NCBI GenBank assembly: GCA_000004985.1
Contig: GG738885.1
Direction: 5' to 3' (one strand)
DNA length: 64,000 nt
From: Naegleria gruberi
Taxonomy: Eukaryota
Below, piece by piece: positions 20,488 through 32,181 of this stretch. A program made the position numbers and the translations under genes. Below the pieces are notes generated by a model, which was not told the DNA's origin, did no database searches, and worked only from the letters and a program-made list of their open reading frames with translations. Position 1 is the stretch's first letter. The number at the start of each line of letters is the position of its first letter.

Positions 20488-21990
20488 ATGTTTCCATCCT
20501 CGTCCAATAATCAACAACAACAACAAACATTCCAAGATTTATTCATCAAATCCATTAACCAAACTCAAATTAATGGATCAACAAACAACGACATGTTTCA
20601 ATCAACCTATATAACAATTCCCAATGTTTCGAATAGTGGAAGCAGTAACAGTACTTCAACTTCTGCCACCATTCAAATCCCATCAAATACTACATGGAAT
20701 TTTGGAGCCACTGATCCACAACAACAATTGACTTTGAATGAAAGTAACGGTTTACATGCACTTTCGAATACAACAAATACCAATTTAGGTAACGCCTTAA
20801 GTAACTTTAATAACGATAAAGTTTTAGAACAAGCGCTCATCATGATGGTGAACGGCGCAAACAATAGAAACAGATCTCAAAGTGCTGGCTCGATTCCAAC
20901 ATCCAATTCATTAGGTGTCTCCCCAACACTTTCGAATAACAGCCCACAAACATTTGGCGGTTCAGCTCAAGGAAATAGTTTAGTGCAGATGAGCTCGTCC
21001 TTACCGAATTCAACGTGTGCACCTTCTTTCGTCCAAGGAAAGAGTTTCAATCCAGGTCAACTAGGTTTTACTCAACCGTTTACTGTACGATCAGATTATA
21101 AGGTTTCAACAACTGAAAATCAAGATTCCACTAATGCTCCTACTAATATCAATGGTTTACAGCTTATTTTCTCAGAATTATTGACCAATCCACAACATCA
21201 AACCAATTCCATGTTCAATCTTGGTCAATTAGGACAACAGCAGAATAATTTCAATTCTGCTAATCAACAAAATCAGTTTATTCTCCATTCCCAAGCTCCA
21301 ACCTCGCAACAACAAGTTAATAACAATCAATTCAGTCCAATTTTGAGTAGTTTGATGATTAGTCAACCATCAAGTCCAATTCAAGTCACCAATCAAATCG
21401 TTATCAATTCCAATCCAATGCCAAGTGTTTCTCCAACTAGTACAAGTCCTCCAACTCAACCGTTAACTACTATGAATATCAATCCAAGTTCCATTACCAC
21501 TCATGTATCGCCAACTTGTTCTCCCACCTCAACACCTAGCAGCTCACTAACCAAGTCAACCAATGGTGGAAAGCAAAGAAGACAAAGATCTGTCTCATGC
21601 ACAAGTCAGAGCTCACCTTATCCTCCAACCACCCAACAACAATTTACTTTCCATTCACCAAACGAAACCCAAGACAGTCCAAAGAAAGGCACCAGACGAT
21701 CTGGCATTAAATTTGCAATTGACTTTATGGACAATGCACAACAATTTGACATTAAGCACACAAGTCTCACTCCATCCACAATGAAACAACACATTGCTGA
21801 GAGAGATGAGAGAGAAAGGGCAGGTGTGAAAAAAAGAGGAAGACCAAAAGGAAGTGGTATAAAACAGCAAGTGAAGAGGGGAGATTTGTTGTTCTATCAA
21901 AATTGTTACAATTCAGTTGAGGGTTTGTATAAGGGAAGAGCAGATCCTGGAAGAGATGATGACGATGATGAAGGAGGATTTACAGTGTAA
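20488..21990 (+). CDS. Q/N/S/T-rich low-complexity nuclear protein with C-terminal AT-hook (KKRGRPKGS)
   Basis: ATG at 20488. Mostly low-complexity with poly-Q. The C-terminal basic cluster contains an RGRP AT-hook core. Acidic tail DDDDDEGG. Confidence 0.5.
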   Translation: MFPSSSNNQQQQQTFQDLFIKSINQTQINGSTNNDMFQSTYITIPNVSNSGSSNSTSTSATIQIPSNTTWNFGATDPQQQLTLNESNGLHALSNTTNTNLGNALSNFNNDKVLEQALIMMVNGANNRNRSQSAGSIPTSNSLGVSPTLSNNSPQTFGGSAQGNSLVQMSSSLPNSTCAPSFVQGKSFNPGQLGFTQPFTVRSDYKVSTTENQDSTNAPTNINGLQLIFSELLTNPQHQTNSMFNLGQLGQQQNNFNSANQQNQFILHSQAPTSQQQVNNNQFSPILSSLMISQPSSPIQVTNQIVINSNPMPSVSPTSTSPPTQPLTTMNINPSSITTHVSPTCSPTSTPSSSLTKSTNGGKQRRQRSVSCTSQSSPYPPTTQQQFTFHSPNETQDSPKKGTRRSGIKFAIDFMDNAQQFDIKHTSLTPSTMKQHIAERDERERAGVKKRGRPKGSGIKQQVKRGDLLFYQNCYNSVEGLYKGRADPGRDDDDDEGGFTV

Positions 21991-22110
21991 CGCCGTTTAA
22001 ATAATAAAGAGGTTATACCACCTTTTGAACAAATATCACTTTTCTCGCTTTTATTGGAAGGTTTTTAGTCTTAATAATTTTTTATTGAGGTTTTTGGGTA
22101 ATGATACGTA

Positions 22111-22183
22111 GCCCGTCTAGCTCAGTCGGTAGAGCGCAAGGCTCTTAACCTTGTGGTCGTGGGTTCGACCCCCACGGTGGGCG
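22111..22183 (+). tRNA. tRNA-Lys (anticodon CTT)
   Basis: GCCCGTCTAGCTCAGTCGGTAGAGCGCAAGGCTCTTAACCTTGTGGTCGTGGGTTCGACCCCCACGGTGGGCG is near-identical in architecture to canonical eukaryotic tRNA-Lys-CUU. Anticodon loop CTCTTAA. Acceptor arms pair 7/7 with two wobbles. A T-rich terminator follows. Confidence 0.9.
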
Positions 22184-22802
22184 ATTCGTATTTTAATATT
22201 TTCCCTATTTTCGTTTGTATATATCTCAGGTCTTTGCGATTCTCTCCTTTCTTTTTACATTTCTAACCAAATCCATTTTAAATATAATCCTAAATATAAT
22301 CTTCTAATTATTCACTTTAGGATATCTTCTTTCTGTTCCTAATTATTGATCATAATTGTTTGGTAAGAATGATGGCAACGATTTCCTTCTACTGATCATG
22401 ACATTTTTTTTAATATTAAAAATTGTAATCTTTCCTCCTTTCCTCATCGTCATCATTGCCCAGAAAGCTTCAATAAAAATTCTTTGAACTGTCTTTTAAT
22501 TCACACAAGAATAATCCCTTTCCAATTTTATCAAAACAATAACTTGGTATTGTGGTTTTCGAGAATCTGAGGAAGTGGAGTATTTAGGAATAGGGCACAA
22601 AGCACTACCAGGTAAGCTATTAAAAACTAGTGTAGCGATTCTTGCTTATTGCCTATGGCGGACTGATGTGGGGATGTATCCGAAGTAAGTGGCGGAAAAG
22701 TTAACACAAGTCTGAAACCAGTGGAACCACTTCCAATCGATCTTTTCCTCGCGCCAAATTCTTTTTCAAAAATTTAAATTCAAAAAAAGGAACAACACTT
22801 TT

Positions 22803-24191
22803 ATGCCTCCACGTGGAACCACAAGTAAATTCTTTCAAAAGAAGCAACAACGAGACAGTAGTAGTGAAGAAGAATCATCTGAAGCTTCGGAAGAGGAGGA
22901 AATCAAGACAAGAGTAACCAGAAGTAAAACAAAACCTTCTACATCAAAGAAGGCTTCTTCATCGACCAGTAATAAGAAGAAAAAACCAATAGACGAGGAC
23001 GACGAAGATTTTGAAGTGCTCTCTTTCTCAGAGGAAGATACTAGTAGTGAGGAGGAATATAAAGTAGCAAAAAAGAAGAATACCAAAGCAAAAGCAACAA
23101 CAAAAACAAAAGGTTCCCAATCAAAATCAACAAGAACAACAAAACGAAAAAAGAAGGAAGAATCAGACTCATCAGAAGGAGAAGAGGAAGAAGAACAGCA
23201 AAAAAAGAAGAAGAAAAAGACAACAAAAAGCAATCCAAACGGACCAAAGTTAACAGAAAAGCAAAGAGAGGAAATGAACCAGATCATAAAAAAGATCGGA
23301 GAAAGTAAGAAGTTGTTCATAGGATGTCATGTATCTTATGGATCTAAAGGTGTGGAGACTGCACCTATTGCTGCCTATGAAACAGGTTGTTATGGTGGAT
23401 TTGCATTCTTCTTGGGAAATCAGAAAACTTATAGTCAGAAGGAATATACAGACAAGATGGTGAGCACATTTATCGAGAATTGTAAAAAGTATAATTATGA
23501 TCCAAAGAATTTACTGCCACATGCCAGTTATTTGATTAATTTAGCCAATCCTGACCAAACTAAATTGGAAAAGTCAAAGACATTATTCTTAAGTGAGTAT
23601 CAAAAATGTGAAAGATTGGGAGCTGTTAGATATAATTTCCATCCTGGCTCAACTGTGGGTGCTACAACACTGGAAGCAGGTTGTAAACAAATTGCAGAAT
23701 GTATCAATTGGGCCAATGAACAAACTGTTGGTGTATGTTCAGTTTTGGAGTGCACTGCTGGTGGAGGCCATTCAATTGGTCACAAGTTTGAACACCTTAA
23801 AATGATTATCGATCATGTTGAGGATAAGAATAGAGTTGGAGTTTGTCTCGATACTTGCCACATGTTTGCAGCTGGCTATGATTTGAGAACACAGGAAGGT
23901 TGTGAAAAAGTTTTCAATGAATTTGATGAAATTGTTGGATTCAAATATTTGAAAGGAATGCACTTGAATGATAGCAAAGTAAAATTAGGTACCAAGAAGG
24001 ATCGTCACGAGAATTTAGGAAAAGGTCATTTAGGAATCGAAGTATTCAAATATATTGTAAATAATGAAAACTTTAGAAATATTCCAATGGTTTTAGAAAC
24101 ACCTGAAGGATTATATGCTGATGAAATACAGGAATTGTATAGTTATTATAATGAAAAGGAAGTTAAACCTGAATCAACTATTGATGAATAA
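22803..24191 (+). CDS. APN1: AP endonuclease, endonuclease IV / Apn1 family, with Lys/Ser/Glu-rich N-terminal extension
   Basis: Conserved Nfo/Apn1 blocks HASYLINLANPDQ, NFHPGS, LECTAGGG, VCLDTCHMFAAGYDL and MHLNDSK. The N-terminal 150 aa are a K/E/S low-complexity region, likely NLS-bearing. Confidence 0.85.
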   Translation: MPPRGTTSKFFQKKQQRDSSSEEESSEASEEEEIKTRVTRSKTKPSTSKKASSSTSNKKKKPIDEDDEDFEVLSFSEEDTSSEEEYKVAKKKNTKAKATTKTKGSQSKSTRTTKRKKKEESDSSEGEEEEEQQKKKKKKTTKSNPNGPKLTEKQREEMNQIIKKIGESKKLFIGCHVSYGSKGVETAPIAAYETGCYGGFAFFLGNQKTYSQKEYTDKMVSTFIENCKKYNYDPKNLLPHASYLINLANPDQTKLEKSKTLFLSEYQKCERLGAVRYNFHPGSTVGATTLEAGCKQIAECINWANEQTVGVCSVLECTAGGGHSIGHKFEHLKMIIDHVEDKNRVGVCLDTCHMFAAGYDLRTQEGCEKVFNEFDEIVGFKYLKGMHLNDSKVKLGTKKDRHENLGKGHLGIEVFKYIVNNENFRNIPMVLETPEGLYADEIQELYSYYNEKEVKPESTIDE

Positions 24192-24287
24192 TTGATAGTA
24201 TTTGAATGTAAATATTGATTGGATCTAATTTGATTATTAAATAATTTTAAATTATTATTTAATTCAAAAAAGATATTTTACAAAAAA

Positions 24288-25080
24288 ATGGCTCAATTTC
24301 CACAATCCATCACACTGGAAGGCAAGTATATCACTCTCAAACCATGCTCTCCCGACGAAGATGCAGAAGAATTATTCAATACTAGTCACGGAACAGAACA
24401 CAAACTTTCAATTTGGCAACTTTTACCAATAGGTGAGGATGTTATTCAATTATTATTAATATTAAATAATATAAATATTAAATGATTTAATTGATTGAAT
24501 AATAACAGGACCATATGCTGATGTGGAAACATTTAGAAAATTCCTCACCACTTGGTGCACTGCAACAGATAACAAGAATAGACCAGAACATGTAACCTTC
24601 ACTGTTGTGGATAACAAGAGTAAGGCCAAGATTGGTGGGCTCACCTTTATGGCCATCGTACCAGAGCATGCAAGATTGGAAATTGGATTTGTTTGGTACG
24701 GAAAGGATTATCAAAATACATTTGTCAATAGTGAATGTAACTTTTTGTTAATGAGCTATGCCTTTGAAGTGTTAGGATATCAAAGAGTGGAATGGAAATG
24801 TGACAGTAGAAATGGAAGATCGAAAGGTGCTGCTTTGAAATTGGGTTTTACCTATGAAGGTACTTTTAGAAAACACATGATTGTCAAGAATAATTATAAC
24901 AGGGATTCTGATTATCTTAGTATGACAGATACTGATTGGAGTACTAAGAAACAAGCATTACAACAGAAATTATCCTACACTGACCAAGACATTCAACAAC
25001 ACAACCAATTCTTTACTCACATTAAGAAACAAGTTAATTCCTCCTCTCAATCCAAAAATGCTCGATTGAGTAAACTCTGA
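24288..25080 (+). CDS. GNAT-family N-acetyltransferase (RimJ/RimL-like); one intron
   Basis: Exon 1 is 24288..24432 (...IWQLLPIG). A GTGAGG...AACAG intron spans 24433..24508. Exon 2 begins 24509 (PYADVETFRKFL...) and has the GNAT core QRVEWKCDSRNGRSKGAALKLGFTYEGTFRKHMI. Confidence 0.65.
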
Positions 25081-25112
25081 TCGGTGAATATTTGACTATT
25101 ATAGAGCTGGAT

Positions 25113-25721
25113 ATGCCACTAATATATCCAAGAGATGATTTTATTTTGGGCATCAAGACTAGTTACCGAGTTTTCAACAAACATCATTTCCAACAAGTAA
25201 AAAAACACTCAACATCTGATATTCCTGCCACTAGTCAACCAATATTTAAATATTCAATCATGCCGATACATTCTATGGAAAATCGTCTCGAAGAGATGGA
25301 CGAACTCAGAGTTAAAAAACGGAAATCAGTTAAGGAACTTTCCATTCAAATGGACCTGGTCAAAAGTGTGGTCAACTATAAGGATAGACCCGATAAGAGA
25401 CAACAAGCAGCTCCTCAACTCTACGACAAGAAACAAAACATGGTAAAGAATGAAGTATCCTCGCCCAACACTAGCTCAATTACTTCTCCCAAAAATAGAC
25501 GAGCAAGTGTTGGATTCTTTCTGCCCTCACAACGTCAAACTGCCATGATAGATTCAGATTCAGATTCGGATGACGATGTGATTAATATTAAGACTCCACA
25601 AAGTGCTAGAAGTAATACAAGTAGTTCACAATCTAGGTATCCAGTGACAGTGCCCTTGTATGAAAGAAGAATACATTCGGCTAGGTCAAGTAGAGTGAGG
25701 AAGTTTGCTAATTTTTGTTGA
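25113..25721 (+). CDS. Hypothetical Ser-rich protein
   Basis: The first ATG is at 25113 (the listed ORF start is TTG). No recognisable domain. There is an SDSDSDDD acidic patch. Confidence 0.3.
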   Translation: MPLIYPRDDFILGIKTSYRVFNKHHFQQVKKHSTSDIPATSQPIFKYSIMPIHSMENRLEEMDELRVKKRKSVKELSIQMDLVKSVVNYKDRPDKRQQAAPQLYDKKQNMVKNEVSSPNTSSITSPKNRRASVGFFLPSQRQTAMIDSDSDSDDDVINIKTPQSARSNTSSSQSRYPVTVPLYERRIHSARSSRVRKFANFC

Positions 25722-25834
25722 ATTCATTCACTTGCTAATTGTAAATTTGAAACCATAAACTAAGTTTGATGATCTTTAGTTTTTATTACATCAAATAAAT
25801 TTTAAAACCTAATTGTTTTGAATAATTAGAAGTT

Positions 25835-27487
25835 TTAGGCAGATAGTGAACATTGAAGTAAATTATGTAATCTTGCATAACTAGCTTCATAATCATCGGT
25901 CATGATTGCAATTTTCGAATTGTCAAATGAGAATGTTAATTGCATTACAAATTGGAGAGAAATCAAATTGTTGGACGAAAGGGCAAACGAGAATGGGATG
26001 CCTACCGATTGCATCCAGTGAGCATTCTTTGAAATTAGTCCAAGATAATGATCTCTGTTTTTGAATTCGATTTCATCAAAGTAGTAAATTACATGATCAT
26101 AGGATTTGAGTTGATTTGATAAAATTCTCTTTGAATCTTTTGAGCGAATGAGCCTTCTTGGTATTTTCATCAGTTCTATATCAATACTTGGATATTTGGA
26201 AGTAAAATCTATCATATAATCTCTAGAATAAAGTTCTGAATATGAATTGTGGAATAGTATGAGGAATTTACGACCATAAAATTCATTCTCCATTTCTTTA
26301 CATCTAATGTCAAAGGGACAAATAATATCTGGAAATGAAATCTTAAACTCGTCAATTTTTTCAAAATAAGGCTCTCCTGTTTCTGTATTCAAAACAAAAA
26401 AGAGATACTTGTTGGAAATGAGCCCTCTCTCAATTAGAAACATTAGAATTTCCCATCCTGATCTGATTAATTTCCTTAAATTCCTTTCAATTAATGGTTT
26501 ATACTCCAATCCAAATCGTTCAGAATATTCCAGTAAAAACTCCAAATGACCCTTCTTCAGAAATGTAGGCACAACAATACAGCACTCTTCCAATTCCTCA
26601 ATACTCTTCAATGTATAGCCCATATCCAATAACTTGTACGATAGAGAACTATTATTTGATTTCACTGCCTTCACCAAGAGAATATTCCTTTCAGCAACAG
26701 ATTGAATGGCTCTATCAACTTTCTGAATAAATGGATCAAAGAATGCAGTTCCAAAAAACGAAGCAAATGCCTTTGATTTCAATCTCAAATCTCTCTTATT
26801 ACATGGTACATTGAGAATGGCTCTTGTAAATCCCTCAAACATATTCAACATCACCCTCTCAGAGAACACTTGCACATAATTCCTCAATGATTTTCCAAAC
26901 CAAGGTACGTTTAACATTAATTTTCCATCAAGATACTTCTCATCAACTCTACACATATCATGAACAAGATGATCTGCCATAATTTCATTCTTTTCTTCAT
27001 TCAAACAAACTCTCATTCTAATATACGAAGAATAATCATCCAGCAGTTCACTAATAAACAATGAAACTCGATCTCCCTTATAATCAATCAATGAAAATCT
27101 AATATCACTCATCAAAGAGGATGGAAATTTAAATTCCTTCAATCTGTTTGTCTGTTTGTTTATTTCCTCCTCTTCCTCTTCCTCTTCGGCTTCATCTTTC
27201 CCATCATTAAATTCATATATCAAACTCCTCTTCAATAACATTCCCATCTCATATTCAGCAGGATGAGAGTGAGAAATAAATTCCAACCAACACGAAAACA
27301 TCCGATCTTCAATCTGTTTCGGATTCAATAATTCATTAATTCCCTTGCTTACTTGTTGATGATAATTTTGGAGGAATTTCTTGTGCTTGATGAGAAAATT
27401 CCATTCCTTGCAAACGAGGGAATAAACTAGAAAGACAGCGTTTGGCATTCCGAAAGTAAAGATTTCAAAGAGTGCATCTTGATACAT
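25835..27487 (-). CDS. F-box-like domain protein, function unknown
   Basis: ATG at 27485..27487 gives MYQDALFEIFTFGMPNAVFLVYSLVCKEWNFLIKHKKF, which is F-box-like. The remainder has no recognised domain. There is an acidic EEEEEEE stretch. Confidence 0.45.
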   Translation of the reverse strand: MYQDALFEIFTFGMPNAVFLVYSLVCKEWNFLIKHKKFLQNYHQQVSKGINELLNPKQIEDRMFSCWLEFISHSHPAEYEMGMLLKRSLIYEFNDGKDEAEEEEEEEEINKQTNRLKEFKFPSSLMSDIRFSLIDYKGDRVSLFISELLDDYSSYIRMRVCLNEEKNEIMADHLVHDMCRVDEKYLDGKLMLNVPWFGKSLRNYVQVFSERVMLNMFEGFTRAILNVPCNKRDLRLKSKAFASFFGTAFFDPFIQKVDRAIQSVAERNILLVKAVKSNNSSLSYKLLDMGYTLKSIEELEECCIVVPTFLKKGHLEFLLEYSERFGLEYKPLIERNLRKLIRSGWEILMFLIERGLISNKYLFFVLNTETGEPYFEKIDEFKISFPDIICPFDIRCKEMENEFYGRKFLILFHNSYSELYSRDYMIDFTSKYPSIDIELMKIPRRLIRSKDSKRILSNQLKSYDHVIYYFDEIEFKNRDHYLGLISKNAHWMQSVGIPFSFALSSNNLISLQFVMQLTFSFDNSKIAIMTDDYEASYARLHNLLQCSLSA

Positions 27488-27603
27488 TTTTTTCAATTTT
27501 GAAAAGTAAATATTCTAAAAATAATAAATAATATTTTTAAATACTGATTACAAAAAATTATTATTTTACATTTTTCCTAATATATTAATTACACTTAGTT
27601 ATT

Positions 27604-30469
27604 TTACAATTGATAAGGTAACCAAATTCTGTCTGGAATTGGTGGTTCATGATCTGCCAAGAAGGCAGTTGAGGAAGTTGGATTTAACATCATGAGTTGC
27701 ATGTCAAATTCATTAATTCCAACACCACTCATATTGAATGGACAAAGACAAGGTCCAAATGATCCAGTATTCGAAATATTCATGCTACTTTCAGGTAAAT
27801 TAGAAAGTGGAGCATCTTTAGAGCTGAGAATTCTCTTTCCATCTTTTAGAATTCCCAATCGAATCCAGAAACATCTGTCATATAATTTCAAAAGCCACAA
27901 GTCCCATTTTCCATCATTAGTTGTTTTGAAATAGTCCTTTCCTTCACTTGCTGATCCAATTTTAGAATCCAAATCAAAGTAGACCTTATCGAGCTCTGCA
28001 TGACTCGAAAAGACAATGAAATTCTTATCTTCAGGTACTTCATCCGAATTGGATGTCTTTTGTTGTAAATTCTTGTAAGTGTACTTGTTTCTGATACTTT
28101 CTGGAGCATATTCAATGTTACCAACGAGAGTTTTCTCATCTTCACCCAATCTGGAGTAGGCCTCTCCTGAAACAATATTTTCGACACCTTGTTGTTGAAG
28201 CTCCATGGCCATCTTCTTTCCAAATAGAGCTTCCTTAACAGGTTGATTCAAATAAAAGGCCATATCTGAAAAACCATACTTTTCAATTCTGTCCAACAAT
28301 TTCTGAACTCCCATGCCAAATGGATATTGTAAAACGTGATGAGCTGGAATGCCCTTCTTCTTGTCCTCAACTTTCGTCAATGGAACAAGTTCGAGTGCCT
28401 TGATAACATCCTGAACAAAGTGTTGATGATTGCAAGTTTTCAAATTGTACACATTGGTACCATTCCACAAACTACAAACTTCTGAGAGTTTGGATAAGAG
28501 TGCAGTAATATTCTTCTCTCCTTCCACTTTCTTAAGTGTAATGTAGTGGAAATGAGGATTGAAACGAAGCAGACCTTGAGGAGGTTTTCTAGATGGAATA
28601 ACGAGTGAATTCTCCTTCCATTCTAAAAACCAATTTCCAATCATGATACCAGTTCTCAATAATTTGTACCTATTCGTGTCTTTCATTTCAATCATGAATG
28701 ATTCGCTAAATTCAAAAACTACCAATTGACATTGTAAATAAGCTTCTTCCTTCTTTGAAGATCTACCAAACAATTTTGCCAAATTTGATTTCTTCTCTGG
28801 TTCGCACTCTTCACCATCATTGAGAGCAATGGTTCCAGACTTCTCACCAGTTGGATTATCAAAGAAGAGATAATTGTAACAATCAGGAAGTGCCAAATTC
28901 TCTGACATGAAAATCTTTTCCCTGTGTGAAAAAATTCTTCTATCAATCGGAGCAAGTTTCTTGAAAACATTCGAAACCAAAACTCTTTCCAACTCGCTCA
29001 GCTGCTTAAAATCAATCAAGAGAGGTAAACGTTCTGACAATTGAACACTCACAAAATCAATAGTAATATTTGATGTAGTGGCATGTGTCTGCTCAGAATC
29101 TGGAAACATCTTTTCAATATTATTTGTTTGTTGTGAAGCTGCCTCTGAACTAGAAGTTGCATCAAATTTCACATCAAATAATTTCTTCTTCTTTCCACTA
29201 CTATTCATCTTCTTTTGAATAATTGTATCAAAAGATGAAGGATCTGTCAATAACAAGTAAATATTCTTATATCTTGACTTGTACTTTCCCAATTGTTCAA
29301 TTAATATCAAATCATTATTCAAAATTTGTGGGAAAACTGTTTGTCTAAGTGATTTCTCATCAATTGGTCGAACACAATTATCAAGATCACTATTAACCAG
29401 ACAGGAAACTAGACGATCACGACTCTTCTTTTTTTCTTTACCATTTGATGAAGAGGAGGTGGAAGAGGATGAATTATTCATCATTATATTTTCCATCATG
29501 CTATTACTTCCAATGGAATCGAGTGATGGACGAATCATACTATTCGAATCTGATGATGAAGATGAATTAAGATCTGCTTCCTCTGTTGAATTATTGATCA
29601 TGGGAATGATGCTTCCATTTAGTGCCATTGATTTTCTTGTTGTATATCCAACAGGTTTTGGTGGTCGATAATTGACAGGTGAAACATCACTTGGTGTTGT
29701 GGGCGTAGTTGAATTTGAAGAGAATGGGGATTGATTTCCAAAGGATGTTTGTGGACTGTTGGGTGAATGTCCTTCACTAGCAGAATTTGAATGTTCAACT
29801 GCACTAATAGGATTATTCGAATTTGGACGAATCATTGATGAATCTCTTCTAGTGACTACAATACCAGTTCGATTACCGAATCTACTTGTTTTTTCCAAAT
29901 TTTCTGATGAAGCAGATTTCCTTGTTATTGCTACTGAATCCTTTCTTTGATTACTTGGAGAAATACTTGGAGAAGAAACATTATTCGAAACTGTTGTTCT
30001 CGTTGTTAAAACTCCTCCCATTTCTACATTTTCCAACTTGTCTTGAATTTCCATTAGATTCTTCTGATGAGAAATATGTTTTTGAATTGATGAATAGATT
30101 AGTTCGGCTTCGTCTTGGGAAATAATATTCTCCAAATCTGAAACTTCGAATTGGACAAGAGCAGAGCCATCCCACGATTCTTGTTTTAGAGTTGTTAATG
30201 TTGATTGTGAAAATCTGTAATTTAAAGTTCTTTCCAAGTGTCGAAGAAAGGAAAGAAAATCACCAGTTGACCAACGAGAAATTGGTTTAGATTCATCAAA
30301 TGGAAGATCTTCCGATAATGTATCTTTTGTAAATAATAAGTGTTTGTGCAATGGGTGAAGTGAGGATGACAAATTTTAATGTATAACACACAATTAGTTT
30401 CGAATAGAGATCAATATAAAGTTATTCGAAACTAGAATACAAACCTTCTGAAGAAGCAGAAATAAACAT
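27604..30469 (-). CDS. SAM-domain-containing protein (about 930 aa), function unknown; 5' exon + intron
   Basis: Putative first exon ATG at 30467..30469 (MFISASSE). A GTTTGT...AAAAG intron (about 30335..30444) joins in frame to DTLSEDLPFDESKPISRWSTGDFLSFLRHLERTLNYRF...ALVQFEVSDLENI (SAM-like). There is a long Ser-rich linker. The C-terminal roughly 400 aa is globular with no assignment. Confidence 0.45.
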
Positions 30470-30788
30470 TTTGCAAATTGATTACCTCTGAGTTACACAC
30501 AAAACACAAAAACCTCGATTTTTTTTTAATTCTTCTTCTGTGATGCAACTACATACTCGATTGACACCTGACAGTGAAATTTGAAAATAGGAATCATTTG
30601 CTCAGTCTATCTGACACGCTACAATTAAAAATCCTCTACGCAAAACTCTTCTCCTTCCTTATCAAAGCACCGAAGATGAAATTGGTAGCAAACGAAAGAG
30701 CATTTCTTCTTGACTTGGTTGACTCGACAATTCAGTACAATGTTCGATATTTTCAAATGAAAATGATAACGAACTGGAAAGAATAATT

Positions 30789-31279
30789 GATTAGAATCAG
30801 GGTTCTGCACATGAATATTGAATTTGGAAATAAACCAATATATTATTTGTTTTTGTTTTCAGTCATATACATATCAATTTTCAACTATTAATATAGAACC
30901 CATACTTTTATTTTTGAAAAGTTTTACTTTGCACGCCTCAGCACATTGTGCTAAGGTGATTAGAACCAAGCTAGAACCTGAGGCATTCTATTCAACCAGT
31001 GGTCAGTGTTCTTTTTGTTTAATTAATATTCAATAATCAATATTATTGCTATTACTCTTGTTTGTAGAACGGTATGTTTTTGATTTACATCATAACTTGC
31101 AATTAAACATCCCGGCACGATTCATTCACAAAACATCATCAGGATGTTTTTTTTTCATCAAATTTTTTAAATTTTATTAGTAACGGTAGTTTTGTGTGAT
31201 TCATGGCTCATCAAGTGTCTTTTTCTTATTTCATCGTAACCTCACAATGTGAGGTTTTGTGCAGAACCCTGATTAGAAT
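30789..31279. mobile_element. hAT-like MITE: 475-bp non-autonomous element with 14-bp terminal inverted repeats and 8-bp target-site duplication
   Basis: TSD ATTAGAAT at 30789..30796 and 31272..31279. TIRs cagggttctgcaca (30797..30810) and tgtgcagaaccctg (31258..31271) are perfect reverse complements. The TIRs begin CAGGG, matching the hAT YARNG rule. An 8-bp TSD is typical of hAT. The interior is AT-rich and non-coding, with a subterminal hairpin aacctcacaatgtgaggtt. Confidence 0.65.
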
Positions 31280-31673
31280 GGATCTCGCTTTGGTGTTTGA
31301 TTGGATATTATGATAATCATCACTATTGATTACAAAGAATAGTATAGTTTAGGATAAATATTGTTGAGCGAAAAGAATGAGAAAGATCTCTCTTGGACGT
31401 TTCGTGTAAAATGACTTCGACTAGTATTTATGCATGTTGTGTTGACTATTGTTGAAAGGTTGTATCGCTGGTACAGAGTTTCGAATAAGTGTTTGGAGAA
31501 ATAGGCTAAAATACCGACCCTTCAACTCGTGTCGACACATCTCAAAAAGAATCACTACCATTTACATTATTTAATATCCAATTTGTCAGACCTACAATTT
31601 TGTAAATTATAAAAATGCAGTGTAAAAAAATATTTAAAAATTATTACAAATTTCAATAAAAATTATTTATAAA

Positions 31674-32181
31674 TTAAACAAATGAATTTCGATGATCTTG
31701 ATTCACTTGTTTGTAAGGTTGTTCAGCATCTCTTTTCGGTTCATCCCACATAAATACTAATTTGGAACATTCATTACTTCCAAATTTGGCACCATCTCTA
31801 ATTGCTGCTTCGAATGGATGACTCGTTTGCACCCCAACTTGTTCATTCTTTTCCTGTTCTCTTCGAACTGAGAATTCGAGTGAGTTTTTTTCAGCAAGTT
31901 CGAGGATTCGTTTACATTCGCCTGAACCTTTCTCACCTCCTTCTTGAATTGCTTTGAAATCTTTATAAAATCAAAGATTGGAAAGTGAGAATAATATTTC
32001 AAAAGGAGGAGAACTTACAAGGATGTGAAAAGAAGGCTGAGGAATCGTTTACTTTCGGATTGGTGGGAATGTCATGACGAGGATCGTAATTGGAGCTTGA
32101 TTTGACTGCATAACATCTTCTACTGCTGTAGAGGAAACTATCTTTGAATAATCTACTCAAAAAATTAGAGTTTTTAAGCAT
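31674..32181 (-). CDS. Small two-exon gene encoding a basic N-terminal (presequence-like) protein of about 150 aa, function unknown
   Basis: Exon 1 (ATG at 32179..32181) MLKNSNFLSRLFKDSFLYSSRRCYAVKSSS...FFSHP. A GTAAGT donor and AAAG acceptor (intron about 31943..32015) join in frame to YFKAIQEGGEKGSGECKRILELAEKNSLEFSVRREQEKNEQ...NSFV, ending at 31674. The second exon is absent from the ORF track because it lacks a start codon. Confidence 0.35.

Noticed and set aside
22540-22760. Relatively GC-rich patch upstream of Apn1 containing CCAGGTAAGC, considered as a U1-like snRNA or other pol III/snRNA gene
   Set aside because: Beyond the splice-site-like 9-mer there is no match to U1, U2, U4, U5 or U6 conserved blocks or an Sm site. 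More likely it is the 5' UTR or promoter of the Apn1 gene. Left unannotated.
22835-23320. Minus-strand ORFs 22835..23320 and 23041..23247 (poly-F/L/S)
   Set aside because: They are antisense shadows of the Lys/Glu/Ser-rich N-terminal extension of the Apn1 gene.
31674-31990. Assignment of the small two-exon gene as mitochondrial ATPase inhibitor IF1
   Set aside because: Only a short FVRxxEKxxQ-like stretch resembles IF1. The expected C-terminal coiled coil is absent. Kept as function unknown.
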